DNA of 63,878 nt, counting the filler, from Octopus bimaculoides (lineage: Eukaryota), in the NCBI RefSeq assembly GCF_001194135.2. It is 7 parts of 7 records of this genome, joined end to end, with 100 filler letters (N's around TTAATTAATTAA, not from the genome) between each part and the next. Parts side by side here need not be neighbours in the genome. Positions count along the whole stretch, not along the records: positions 1 to 21,162 come from NC_068993.1; 6 more parts are not named here. One strand, 5' to 3'. The translations under genes and the position numbers were made by a program. The notes under the pieces were generated by a model, which was not told the DNA's origin, made no database searches, and saw nothing but the letters and a program-made list of their open reading frames with translations. Every line of letters starts with the position of its first letter. Position 1 is the stretch's first letter. Below, one piece after another: positions 1-12,219 of the stretch.

Positions 1-299
1 CAGGAAAAAATGGACAGTGAAAACAACATTCAAAAGCCGTACGGCCAAACGCAAATCTGAGGTAGAACGCTAGTAGTTCGTCTTGCCTTCACAGCGGCTG
101 GAGTGAAAAGAAAGTTGACCACAGGTCACACGAGAGCAGAGAGGATGGTGGAGGGAGGAAGGGACAGAAGGGTATAGCAATGAAGTAGAGGCCAGGACAG
201 AGGTATAGATAGAAAGATGGAGGAAGACAGATAGATAAATAGATAGAAAGATAGATAGATAGATAGACATATACATATATGTACATAGCGCTGCATAGA

Positions 300-428
300 T
301 AAATCAAAAGTAGAACAGAAAAACACAGCATGCAGAAAAAAGGACGGTAGCACAACAACGGCAAACAGGACAAAACAAGAGACACGGATCATTCGCAGCC
401 AATTGCTTCTTCAGTCGGAGTCCGGAAT
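300..428 (-). mobile_element. Left arm of an inverted repeat pair, probable Penelope pLTR-like repeat (family P3)
   Basis: Reverse complement of 1201-1354 (high identity with one indel); contains CTGAAGAAGCAATTGGCTGCGAA on the minus strand. Confidence 0.5.
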
Positions 429-1200
429 GTTTACGTAGTTTTTCCCATTTATTTCCGATACTACTCGAAACCGGCTGGGTCAGTGACTTAAGCTAAAAGC
501 AACAAGCCTCTGGCCAAGGCAACCGAATGTACATATACGAAAACAAATAAGTAAACAACAGAGGGGGTTCTTTCGACTATCGGACGAACGTAACATATGA
601 AATAGAATTATACATATACAATGGACAAACGCCTTTCAACTATACACCAAAAGGAAAATAATTATACAATTGCAACAAAAAAAACAAAACAAAAACAAAC
701 AAACAAACAGGATCTTTCGACTATCAGATGAATGTAGTAAGGTAGCACAAGGAAAATGGAAATGGAAAAATCTTAACAGACCGGGTAGCAGAACAGGACA
801 GAACAGAACAGATGCAACCGACTTCAAAGGCGGCCGGCCGAAAAAGGACGACAATGCCTGAACCGGTCAGTGATCACGTGGTAGGGGAGGGAAGGAGTTG
901 AAGAAGACAAAGGGACTAAGGAATAGGAGGGAGGGGAAAGAAATTAGAAGGACCAAAGAATGAGAGGGAGGGAGAAAGAGAGAGAAACAGGTACAAGGGG
1001 GGTAAGTGAGGAAGGAAAGCAAGAGAGATTGAAGAATAAGAGAGAGAAGGGGAAGGGATAGAGAAAGAGGGAAAGAAAGAAAGAGAGAGAGAGGAGGAAG
1101 AAATAAGGGAAAAAGGCGAGGAAAAGAAAGTGAAAGTCGTACATAATATCCAAGGGATATATTTTTTGCAAAGTAAACAAGTGAGCGAAACTACATAGAG

Positions 1201-1354
1201 ATTCCGGACTCCGACTGAAGAGGTAATTGGCTGCGAATGATCCGTTATCTTGTTTTATCCTGTTTGCCGTTGTCGTGCTCCCGTCCTTTTTTTCCGCGTG
1301 TTGTGTTTTGTCGGTTTTCGTCTGTTGTGTTTTTTCTGTTCTACCTTTGATTTA
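1201..1354 (+). mobile_element. Right arm of the same inverted repeat pair (family P3), truncated by a gap
   Basis: ATTCCGGACTCCGACTGAAGAGGTAATTGGCTGCGAATGATCCG... matches the reverse complement of 300-428. Confidence 0.5.
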
Positions 1355-1384
1355 ANNNNNNNNNNNNNNNNNNNNNNNNNNNNN

Positions 1385-1426
<42 letters not shown>

Positions 1427-2057
1427 GGTAAAGGAAAGACGGAAGATGGAACATACGAGAAAGTTTATTATTGATCACGACAATTGTTTCAACTCATCTA
1501 GCATTGATCCCTCACGGGTGGATCACTTAACAAATGGTTCAGGGGCATCCGGCGGTGCGGATGTATCTCACCGAGTAATAAATAGATACAACTCGTTAAC
1601 ATAACAGTTCTGCAATGTGCAGCAAAATGAAGGAAATATCTTCATTTATGCAGGAAAATAAAATCACAGATGCAAAAAAGAAACGAACACACAATATATA
1701 TATATATATACATTGAGAGAGAGAGAGAGAGAGGTACACATACAAACTTGCATAATTAAATACACACACACACACTTAAAATTATATATAAGGGACTGGC
1801 TTCTTCACAGTCATCACTTCTGTGAACCAAAATTTTCTCAAAAGTTGTTGGTGAAGGAACGGCTACGTTAGAAATCTCTTGTTTAAGTTGTTCAAGTTGT
1901 TGCTCCGTGGAATTGAAATCACAACCTTGTGGTTGAAAATTAACGTTTTAGTGACACACCTACTATCGATGCCCCCATGATGTTTCATTTCTGTTAATCT
2001 CGCTAAATGTTTCAAGCTGATATTTATTTTACAATGATTGCAGCATAGAAAACGCAT

Positions 2058-2270
2058 TGGTTTCAAATTTTGCCACTAAGCCTGAAATTTCGGGGAAGGG
2101 TAAGTCGATTACACTGAACCCAGTACTCGATTGGTACTTATTTCATTGGCCCTGAAAGGAAGAAAGCAAAGTAGGCCTCGGTAGAATTTGAACTCGGAAC
2201 ATAAAAACGGAGGAAAGGCCGCTAAGAATTTCTCTCGTTGTGCTAACGATTCTGCCAGTTCGCCGCCTTT
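2058..2270 (-). mobile_element. SINE family B copy
   Basis: Shares B-box-like GAGTTCAAATTC and TCATCCTTTCGGGGTCGATAAA-type core with the 17491-17722 copy. Confidence 0.75.
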
Positions 2271-2771
2271 ATGAAAGACACATATTAACCACAAAACTGA
2301 TAATTTCAATTACGCATTATTTGTTATTTGGTGTCAACGTTATTTTAAAGACGTTTATTATGTCAGGCTATTGGCAAGATATAATATACAGCCACACACA
2401 CAGTCAAAGAACTGTCAACCTGAACGATGCCTGGTAGCAGTGTTTGAGTTCCATAAAAGATACTTGGGATTGCATCCATCCGATTCTATCACAATCCTCA
2501 AAATCCTAATCATCTCACAGAGGGCACTTCTTATGCAATACAGTGTGCGCCATATACATTTCAGGCAACCTAATCTTCGGTGTTATGTCTTTAATATAAC
2601 AATGAATGATGATAATCATATCCGGAATAGCTGGAACGTTATGTGCCTTCTAGATCATGATTTCTCTCAGTTACAAAAGACTAATCGAGTCAATCTATGC
2701 CCATTTGACGGAGCTCAACCTGCGGCAAATATCAACGAAATCCGCTTCATACCGCACTTGTTTGTCATAAG

Positions 2772-2841
2772 GAGAACATGTGATTGAAAGAAGTGATGAT
2801 TACGACTGCAAAGTCTTTAATCAAAGGCTTCAAATATCAAG
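2772..2841 (+). CDS. Candidate coding exon ((G)EHVIERSDDYDCKVFNQRLQISR), possibly upstream of the PLAT-like exon
   Basis: AAG acceptor after a pyrimidine run, AG|GTGAAT donor, open frame, phase-2 end compatible with the 4451 exon; no homology recognised independently. Confidence 0.2.
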
Positions 2842-3865
2842 GTGAATTTAGATCACAAATAAATGAACAAAACTAAAAATACAAAATAAAAAGTTGCTTT
2901 GTCGTTATGGCCTCACGGTCAGGTAGAAAGTAATTTTGCATACAAACTTGAAGTACACTATGTTTGCAAGATGTTGGCAATGATTGGGGGGAATTGGTAG
3001 CCATTATAAACTTAGATTTTGAGAAACATAAAAAAAAAAGAGAACTAAGGTTTGAAAGCTTTGAAGAAAGAGAAACACAGCTGTTGTGTAAAACAGGATG
3101 TCTACAAATAACAACATTACACTTCTAGATGCAGCTGCTGACATGTGATACAGCTTTTAGTGAATCAACTTGATCAACACAGATGAGCTTTATATGGCAG
3201 CAAATACAACTGAAAGCTATATATCTATAATCATTCACAAACAGATAAAGTCTGCGAAAAAATAGGCAGGCAGATACGTACATACACAAATATATGATAT
3301 ATAAGGATCACATTGCAAGTATTTATATATGTAACCAAAACATTGAGCAAACTTTAGAATTAATCTAAAATAATAGTAAAATCAAATTCTTCGATTTTGA
3401 TATATTCTCATAAAACTGCTGCTTTTATTGTTCGTTTTGGACCCTGTCTTTGCTCAAAGTCCAAAGCACTGTGCATACCTTATAGCTTTCATTTCTTCTC
3501 GTATTTCCTTTTCTCTTTTTTATATTACACTTAAATTCACTGTGTTGTCACTTCCGCCCGCCTAATTGACTTAGCTGGCATAGAAATTAATGTTCTAGCA
3601 ATTAATTTTAAAGAAATCAAGATATTTTTCATGTATAGTAAGGTGAACATATAAATTACTTTCACTTTTTACAATTCTATGATATCTGATTCCTCTTGGA
3701 AAGTTATTTAATATTTTAAAGTTATTTCCTTTTTGAAAGTTAGTTCCTCTTTTGAAGTTAAGAATGGCTCCATTACTCATCGTCATCATGTATATACAAA
3801 AATACAAGAGGGCCTTCTCTCTCTCTCCCTCTCTCTCCCTCTCTCTCCCTCTCTCTCTCCCTCCC

Positions 3866-4059
3866 TACAGAAAAGTTCCTGACTTTAAGAGTATCGCGAA
3901 AGGTCTGGTTGGAAGCCTAACCTCCCAAGTTCTCTTGCAGGGCTTAGGAAAACTGAAGCATCACTGCAATAAGTGTGTGAATTTGAGAGGGGAACATGTT
4001 GGAGAAAATGATAACTGATCCTCCTGTATTCTCTTTTACCCTAAGCCAGAAACTTTTCA
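3866..4059 (+). mobile_element. Mariner-derived MITE
   Basis: Ends GAAAAGTTCCTGACTTT / AAGCCAGAAACTTTTCA; internal QGLGKLKHHCNKCVNLRGEHV resembles the mariner transposase C-terminus; related copies at 31894 and 51853. Confidence 0.7.
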
Positions 4060-4104
4060 TATATATATATAGCATAGACATACACATGTTACACACATAC
4101 ATGG

Positions 4105-4158
<54 letters not shown>

Positions 4159-4450
4159 GTAAAGGAGAAAACAGCAGACTAGTGTTCTTAGTTTATACAA
4201 GTACAGTATATTATACGTCCATACACACGCATCAACCGACACACTCACGCATATGCCAAACCAAGCTTGCATCTATCTATCTATCTATCTATCTATCATC
4301 AACTTGATTGACTCCAGTTAACTCATACTTGATTTTTATTTTATAATCTTTGAAATAGCATAAATGAATGTGCACTCTAGCGAGATTCGAACTCAAACCA
4401 CTGACTTTGGAAATGGGATGTAGTTTTTTCCATGTTATGGTTCCTTATAG

Positions 4451-4664
4451 ATTTGACACCTTTGAGTTCCAATATAAGAGTCTGAAAGAAATCAATGTTG
4501 TGATGTTCATTCTATTCCACAAGAACTCCCGTAGTAAAAAGGGGAGCTGGCTTCTCGCGGAAATTGAAACCGTATTGGTTACACAACTCAAGGGAATTCT
4601 TACATATTTGCCTATCAATACTAGATGTATTTTAAATTATTGTGTTATGGTCAAGAAAACCTGA
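4451..4664 (+). CDS. Candidate exon encoding a PLAT/LH2-like domain segment
   Basis: CCTTATAG acceptor; FDTFEFQYKSLKEINVVMFILFHKNSRSKKGSWLLAEIETV resembles the PLAT pattern D-x-F...L-x-x-I...H-x-N-S...W-x-L-x-x-I; recognised by eye only. Confidence 0.4.
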
Positions 4665-6644
4665 GGGCTCAGTCATCTAGAAAAATGTGACATTGTGGTG
4701 TGCATCAATTTCCGAAATCTGATATCGAAATAAATAACTTGTCAAAGCCTTCTTGAGAGCCAACGACCTTAATATCAGGGGGTGATGGGAAGGTGGGAAC
4801 CACCAGGATTACTAGAAACATTGAAATGGAAGCTAAACTAATATTTAGACCTATTACAGACCATTAAAATTCATAAAGAAAGACTAAGACCAAAGACGAG
4901 CAAAATATTGGTTTAAAAAGATTCTGGTGTCCCAAAGACAGGAAATTTATGAGATCGACTTGACTTGATATAACAGATATTATATTGTTGCCCCGAAGAG
5001 ATTAAATGAAAAGACAGTGGTTGAAGTAATTGAACTCAGAACTTTGGGATAATATTTCTTGGGTAATAAGAATTTCTTAGATTGACAAAAGAACGCACAT
5101 CATTTGTAATAGAATAAATGGACAAATACTCCACTTAATAACAGATTTTTATTTTACAGATTTCTCCCATTACTAGAAGAAGAAAAAGCGAAATATTAAA
5201 ATTACCCTTTAAAAAGGCGTTACATCGTTACAGGGAAACCATCATCACTGTATATAGAAATATTTATTAATTAGAATGAAGTCACGAAGATTTAATATCA
5301 ACGAACTGGGTAACCTACTGATGCGTTGTTTATTTAAGTTTTTACCTATTTGTTTATTTGCGTAAAATATACTCACAATACACACACACGTGTGTGTGTG
5401 TATATATACACACGCATATATATATATATATANNNNNNNNNNNNNNNNNNNNNNNNNNNNNNNNNNNNNNNNNNNNNNNNNNNNNNNNNNNNNNNNNNNN
5501 NNNNNNNNNNNNNNNNNNNNNNNNNNNNNNNNNNNNNNNNNNNNNNNNNNNNNNNNNNNNNNNNNNNNNNNNNNNNNNNNNNNNNNNNNNNNNNNNNNNN
5601 NNNNNNNNNNNNNNNNNNNNNNNTGAGGGAAGGTCATGGAACTCTGTGACAGAAAGTCTGGCCCCAAATACTTGCAACGGAGCAAACTTCGTTAAAGACA
5701 ACCAAGTTCTAGATGGTGGTATTAAAGCAGGTGGTGTACGCATTAGATACGCATGTGCTTCATAGTACACGACTCAGTGAAATACTTGGTATTTTTTACT
5801 GAAAGTAAAATTGTTAAAATTTTAAAAATTAATTATTTAGAAGTTTTAGAAGAATACTTAGAGCTATAACAGCATAGTCTAGGAGGTAAAGGAAGTGGAA
5901 CGAAATGGTTGAATTCTGAATGTGTCATACATAGCAGATACGTAAATGCTGGTTTATCCGGGGCATAGGGATAGTTCACGATGTTTTGGGATGTGTCTTG
6001 TCATCCAGTAGACAATAAGGCGCACGACCATTTATACTGTTGAAAATAGCTGGATCGATACAAGGCAAATGGAACTAATGTAGGGGATTGAACAAATATG
6101 TTATATATGTGTACCTACATTTTTCCCTGCTGGAGTTGTTTAACATTTCACTTGACTGCGTTTTATCTAAATTTAAAAAAAAACATTAACTAATCTAAGA
6201 ATATATGTATATATACGCACACCTTGTTTACCATTTTGTCCATGTTCTTTTGCCACGTCATGTACCCAGTTATGTATCTATATGTACATGTGGATGAAGG
6301 TATATACATACATGTACATATATATGCATATACTCATATATTGTTTATATATATATATATGTATATATTTATGAGTACATACATACAAGCAAACATACAT
6401 ATAAAACGATTTTCCAGGATTCGAGAGAATCAGGTACTTAGTAAAGTACCAAGGTCAGTTGCTGATAGCGTTATCGTGCACAAAAAATATTTAAGGACAC
6501 GTGCGTGCGTGCGTGCTGTGTGTGTGTGTGTGTGTGTATGTGTGTATGTGCGTGCGTGCATGTTAACTGCTAGGAAAGTGGAAGGGAGACAGATTTGATT
6601 GTCAGTATATTCAATGAAAGCCATATGTTTATTTAATATAAAGC

Positions 6645-7400
6645 CTTTCTACTATAGATACAAGGCCTGATATTTTTAGGGATGGACTAGTCGATTACAT
6701 TAACACCTTTCCTCAACTGGTTCTTATTTATCGACCCCGAAAGATAGAAGGCAAACTTCGGTGGAATTTGAACTGAGACAGTACAACGGACGAAATGCCG
6801 CTAGAGCATACCGGCTTGCCGCCTGGTATGATTACTTCATATTACACCAACGAATAAGGTGGCGGGCTGACAGAATCATTAGCACGTCGGGCAAAATGCA
6901 TGGCGGCATTTCGTTCGTCTTTAAGTTTTGAGTTCAAATTCTGCCGAGGTCGACTTCACCTTTTATCCTTTCGGAGTCGAAAAGATAACCAGTTGAAAAC
7001 TAAGGTCGATGTAATCAACTTACACCATACCCTAAAAGTGCCGGCTTTGCGCCAAAATTTAAAGCCAATCAATATGGGACCGTCTACGTGAGCGAAGATG
7101 TACGAGTTGGGCGCGGCTCTACTTAATAATTCCATGAACACTGTTATAGATAAATGTTATAAATATTTGTTTCCTACATTTCACTTACATTTTCTTATTT
7201 TTCATTTCACAAAAGTGGCAAACTGGCAGAATTGTTAGGGCCTCGCAATATTTCTGTCAGGCTCAAATCTCGTTGAAGTCAACTTCATTTTTCAACCTTT
7301 CCGGGTCGATTAAATAAAGTATCAAGTGCTGGGGTCGCTGGTATAAACTAGATGCCTATAATTATCCCTCGACTGTAGAGGTTGTATTGTCAAGCTGTTC
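6645..7400. mobile_element. Three decayed SINE family B copies (6645-6824 -, 6858-7070 +, 7215-7400 +)
   Basis: GAGTTCAAATTC and ATCCTTTCGG...GATAA motifs. Confidence 0.7.
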
Positions 7401-7595
7401 ACTTTTAGGTTTTCAGTGGAAACCACAACTTTTCCATGTTTTATCATGATATATGCACATCTGGACTCAACAAATTTCCTTCCACTGTCTGTAGAAAATT
7501 TGGTATTGAGATCCAATTGCATTTTTGTAGTCGATATTTGGCCTATAAAGTTTCAGGTCATCTACAAAGAAAATATGGGAAATACTTCTGAATCT

Positions 7596-9049
7596 GTCTA
7601 GGTATGATAGTGGGTTTAATGAGATAACAAAAAGCAATAGCGACAGGCTATTACCCTGAAAGATGCCATTTTAGTAGTGAATGCTATCCGACTCAATTTG
7701 CTCCTTATCACTCTTAAGGAGCAAAGTCGTGTACCAAAGTTTGATCAGGCGTTCAATAGCACTCTCTATTGGCTGTGGGACTTTGGTTAAACGTAAAGCC
7801 TTGATAATCCACCCATGTGGAATACTATCAAAAGCCTTCTAGTAGTCCAGCCACACTTTAGTTAAGTTTCTCCTGGTTCATTTTGTTAATTAGTAGCTGC
7901 TGTATACAGCTCCACATCTCCTTTCCTCCAGCTTGCTCAGGTATTATAACATTGTTGATGGCACAATGGTCCTGCTTCAGCAGATTGAGGCACCCTGTGT
8001 ATAATTTGTACATGATGTTCTAGCAGGCTATGGGACGGTAAATTTTAGTGGAGGCGGTTTGGCTATTTTGGGGGATGAGGAGAGTAATTGCAGTTGATAA
8101 CCATTGCGGCAGTTCTCGTGTGCCTTTGCTACTTTCTCCATACATTCGTTGGAGATCTCGCCGATAAGATGTAAAATTCTTCTTGTTATGGTTCTCGGGA
8201 TTTCCTATTTGACATTTTCTGTAGAACTGTTTCCAGTATTTCGCAGTCTTGCATACTGCTTTTGCTGGAAATGCTGGCGATAGTCCTGCTCCAGTTCTTT
8301 TAGCCATACAACCTATTTGTTGAACAGATTATTTGTCTTCCATACGGATCTCCAATAGCCCTCAACCTGATCTCTTGTTGGGGCATCTTTTACTGAGTTT
8401 GAGCAATTCGTGATACGCTAGTAATAGATTAGATGACACATTCACCAAAAGATTAATGGCTTCGTGTAGGTTGTTTTCATATCTCTGGACAGTGTGGTCT
8501 TCAGATATTTGTTTGCTGTTTCGTTTACTGCTTCTAATTCTAATTTACCGGTTCTTTACTCATACTGGTATTGTATGACCTATCATTCATATAAGGGTTG
8601 TGGACTTGTTGAAACCTATCATTGTAGATCACTTGTAAGGTGTCCACAAGTTTTTGGTGTTCTTCTGTTTGTACAGTACAGGTATGGATTTCAACTAGAT
8701 TGTTGGTGTGATGTTTACTGCTCGATTTGGCTGACCTTTCTGTCTGTCCATCAGTGGAAGTGGGATGACTATCTTTAATGGCTGGCTTTATAGTATCAGC
8801 GTGCGTTGAATCAGTCATTTCTGTTAGATGTATCAATTTACATCTAATGATACGTTTTGCTTGTTCACTTAAATGTTTTGGGGAAATATCTAATTGGAGT
8901 TCCACAAATTTTTTTAACTTTCGCATAAAACCGAATTTTTGGGGGTCAGATTGTATATATGCTTCATACAAATCTTTGTTAAGATTGTAGGCCCATTGTA
9001 TGCAGCGATTGTCGTGATTCGGTCGAAGAAGACGTATACTCTTAGCCAT
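7596..9049 (-). mobile_element. Decayed R4/Dong-clade non-LTR retrotransposon: N-terminus plus RT domains, 3' part missing
   Basis: Minus-strand peptides PQWLSTAITLLIPQ..YRPIAC, WLDY*KAFDSIPHGWI and GIFQGNSLSLLLFVISLNPLSYL; N-terminal LYEAYIQSDP..FGFMRKLK..LSEQAKRII; stops and frameshifts. Confidence 0.85.
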
Positions 9050-9423
9050 GATGATTTTGTCTATTTACTGATATTTGTATTTCTTTTTCAAAATAGACAA
9101 TGATCTGCTTTAAAAGTTTGGACACCAATATAGAAATATTCGTATGTAATCTCATTGAACTTTGTAGCTCATCTTTTCCAAAAATTGGAACAGTAATTAC
9201 ACACGTTTGAGTATCCGACTGACCGCATCGGTCACCATTGTATGTATGTGTGCATGTATGTATGTGTGTATGTATGTATGTGTGTATGTATGTTTGTATG
9301 TATGTATGTATGTATGTATGTATGTTTGCTTGTTTGTTTGTTTGTACGTATGTATGTATGTATATATGTATGTATGTATGTATATTTGCTTGTTTGTTTG
9401 TACGTATATATGTATTTATGTGT

Positions 9424-9807
9424 GGAGGCGCAATGGCCCAATGTTTAGGGCAGCGGACTCGCGGTCATAGGATCGCGGTTTCGGTTCCCAGACCGGGCTT
9501 TGTGAGTGTTTATTGAGCGAAAACACTTAAAGCTCCACGAGGCTACGGCAGGAGATGGTGGCGAACTCTGCTTCACTCTTTCACCACAACTTTCTCTCAC
9601 ACTTACTTCCTTTTTCTGTTGTGCCTGTAATTCAAAGGGTCAGCCTTGTCACACTGTGTCACGATGAACATCCCCGAGAACTATGTTAAGGGTACACGTG
9701 TCTGTAGAGTGCTCAGTCACTTGCACGTTAATTTCACGAGAAGGCTGTTCCGTTGATCGGATCATCTGGAACCCTCGACGTCGTAAACGACGGAGTGCCA
9801 ACAACAA
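9424..9807 (+). mobile_element. Near full-length tRNA-derived SINE family C
   Basis: tRNA-like head GGCGCAATGGCCCAATGTTTAGGGCAGCGGACTCGCGGTC...GTTTCGGTTCCC; (CAA) tail; other copies at 43742, 48040, 50015 and 60557. Confidence 0.85.
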
Positions 9808-10193
9808 ATGTATTTATGTACTTGATTTTATGTATGTATATACGCATATATATGATGCTGTTTTCCTTCTATTTTCCGTTCCTTATTTTCCGTTCCCCAT
9901 GTTCGTTATTATTTCAAACTTATAAAGGCTTCTTTATAAACCAGATTTAATAGTTATTCAATTACAAGATAAACCCATCACTGCGCAGCTGTGCCAACGG
10001 AGCCTTGTATGAGATAAATCCGAAGGACAGAAGCATGTTTACCGCATCCACCCGTTTATCCTGATCATTCTACCCGTTATCTCTAGAAAATGATATGAAG
10101 GAGAGTGAATGATTAACAACTAGCTGAAATACGAGTGTATATTGTTAGTTAGTTCGGGGTGAGGTGTTGTTGATATTGTAGTAGTATTAGTAT

Positions 10194-10226
<33 letters not shown>

Positions 10227-10429
10227 AAGTTATTGATGTTGTTAGTGACATTGCTGGTGTGATGCGACGGGGGAAAATAAGCGAAGATAAGAGAAATGAC
10301 TTGGTGTCATATAAGTTAGGAAGTGACATTGCTATTAAACTGACTGTTTCACTTGGGTTTGTAAATGAAATTTAGTAATGGCGACTATGACAAGAAAAAG
10401 AAAAACAGACAGATGGTTATTATCATGAA

Positions 10430-10430
10430 A

Positions 10431-10498
<68 letters not shown>

Positions 10499-10500
10499 CA
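10430..10500. repeat. (GAT)n microsatellite
   Basis: Perfect trinucleotide run. Confidence 0.95.
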
Positions 10501-11085
10501 AGACGACGGCGAGAAGACAAATTAGGTGGGTGTCGATGATGGTCGTAGAGTGCTTGGTGGGGAGAAGTATTCACAGTACACAGAATATGTGAATTCATGG
10601 ATTATGCCGTCCTTCTGATGCAATAAAATCCTCCAAAGCTGGATGATATCCAAGATCACCGTGACCATCAAGGATAGTCACCCCACTGTTGTTTTTCTGG
10701 ACTACGACATGGAATTTTTGTGGAGCAAGGGGCTAGTTGATTACATCAACCCCAGTACTCAAGTGGTACGTATTTTATCGATCTCGAGGGGATGAAAAGC
10801 AAGGTTGACTTCGGCGGAATCTGAACTCAAAACGTAAAGACGGACGAAACGCCGCTAAGAATTTTTATTTCTTTATTGCCCACAAGAGGCTAAACATAGA
10901 GGGGACAAACAAGGACAGACAAAGGGATTAAGTCGATTACATAGACCCCAGTGCGTAACTGGTACTTAATTTATCGACCCCGAAAGGGTGAAAGGCAAAG
11001 TCGACCTCGGCGGAATTTGAATTCAGAACGTAACGGCAGACGAAATACCGCTATATATTTCGCCCGGCGTGCTAACGTTTCTGCC

Positions 11086-11715
11086 GGATCTTTTTTAAAA
11101 CGGGGGCCACATTTTTCATTAACGAAACACTTTGAAACTTGGAACACTGGTAGATTGTGTCATATAAAACATCTTTTTCTCTTAGTCTTCTTTAAAAAAA
11201 AAGAAATCCATAAGTTATTCCATGTTAAAGTTGTNNNNNNNNNNNNNNNNNNNNNNNNNNNNNNNNNNNNNNNNNNNNNNNNNNNNNNNNNNNNNNNNNN
11301 NNNNNNNNNNNNNNNNNNNNNNNNNNNNNNNNNNNNNNNNNNNNNNNNNNNNNNNNNNNNNNNNNNNNNNNNNNNNNNNNNNNNNNNNNNNNNNNNNNNN
11401 NNNNTAGGGTTAGGGTTAGGGTTAAAGCAAATTTAAAATGAAAAAAGCAAATAAAACGAAGGTATGGAGATTAAATACGCTTTACATCGCTTAATCAGTC
11501 AAAGGAGTAAATATAAACAACTGAATACTTGTCAGTGATTGGTTGAAATTATCGAAATAAGACAATTTTTTACATGAAATAAATTCGAATACAAAAATAT
11601 TTTTCTGTTCTATAACACAAAATAGATAAGTATACGAAGTTTGAAAGTCTTTCCGTACTAAAAACACTACGTAAAACATTAATGAAAAATGTGGCCCCCG
11701 TTTTAAAATAGATCC
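11086..11715. mobile_element. MITE with 37-bp TIRs and 8-bp TSD (Merlin-like termini)
   Basis: TIRs at 11086-11122 and 11679-11715 (GGATCT(T/A)TTTTAAAACGGGGGCCACATTTTTCATTAA, 1 mismatch); TSD TTTCTGCC at 11078-11085 and 11716-11723. Confidence 0.9.
11405..11424 (+). repeat. Interstitial telomeric repeat (TTAGGG)n next to a gap, inside the MITE
   Basis: TAGGGTTAGGGTTAGGGTTA. Confidence 0.8.
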
Positions 11716-11744
11716 TTTCTGCCAGCTTATTAATAATGATAATA

Positions 11745-11948
11745 ATAATTCTTTCTGCTAAAGAAACAAGACCTGAAATTTCGAGGGAATGGACTAGTCG
11801 ATTACATCGACCTCAATGCTGGTACTTATTTCATCGACCCCAAAAGGATGAAAGACAAAGTCGATTTGAATTCAGAACGCAAATTCGGGCGAAACGCCGC
11901 TAAGCATTTTATCCGGCATGCTAACGATTCTGCCAGCTTGTCGCCTTT
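11745..11948 (-). mobile_element. SINE family B copy flanked by (AAT)n
   Basis: Shared core and tail motifs. Confidence 0.75.
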
Positions 11949-12173
11949 GATAATAATAACGATAATAATAACCACAACAGCATGAACGAGATTACTGGTT
12001 TAAAAAGATATATTTCAGAAATATGTCAATTTTTTTTTAACGCAGCATCAGTAAAAAAACAAAGAATCTATTCTTAACTGTCTCCTTCCTTGTCTCAAAG
12101 TTCATAACCAGTTTATTTTCTATCGTGTTTCTAAAAAAGTTCTCAAAAAAATGGAAGCCAGACACCAAAAAAG

Positions 12174-12219
<46 letters not shown>

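Larger units (their letters stand above)
10865..11730 (-). mobile_element. SINE family B copy interrupted near its 5' end by a MITE
   Basis: 10865-11085 is the reverse complement of 17491-17722; its GTTTCTGCCAGCT motif is split by the 11086-11715 insertion. Confidence 0.85.

Noticed and set aside
2371-2787. 138-aa ORF as a single-exon gene
   Set aside because: Non-ATG start call and no recognisable domain.
9424-9500. Functional tRNA genes at SINE heads (also 27435-27508 and 36328-36395)
   Set aside because: Cloverleafs are imperfect, there is no terminator, and each continues into a repeated SINE body.
11405-11424. True chromosome end
   Set aside because: Lies inside a TIR- and TSD-bounded element with continuous SINE sequence on both sides.
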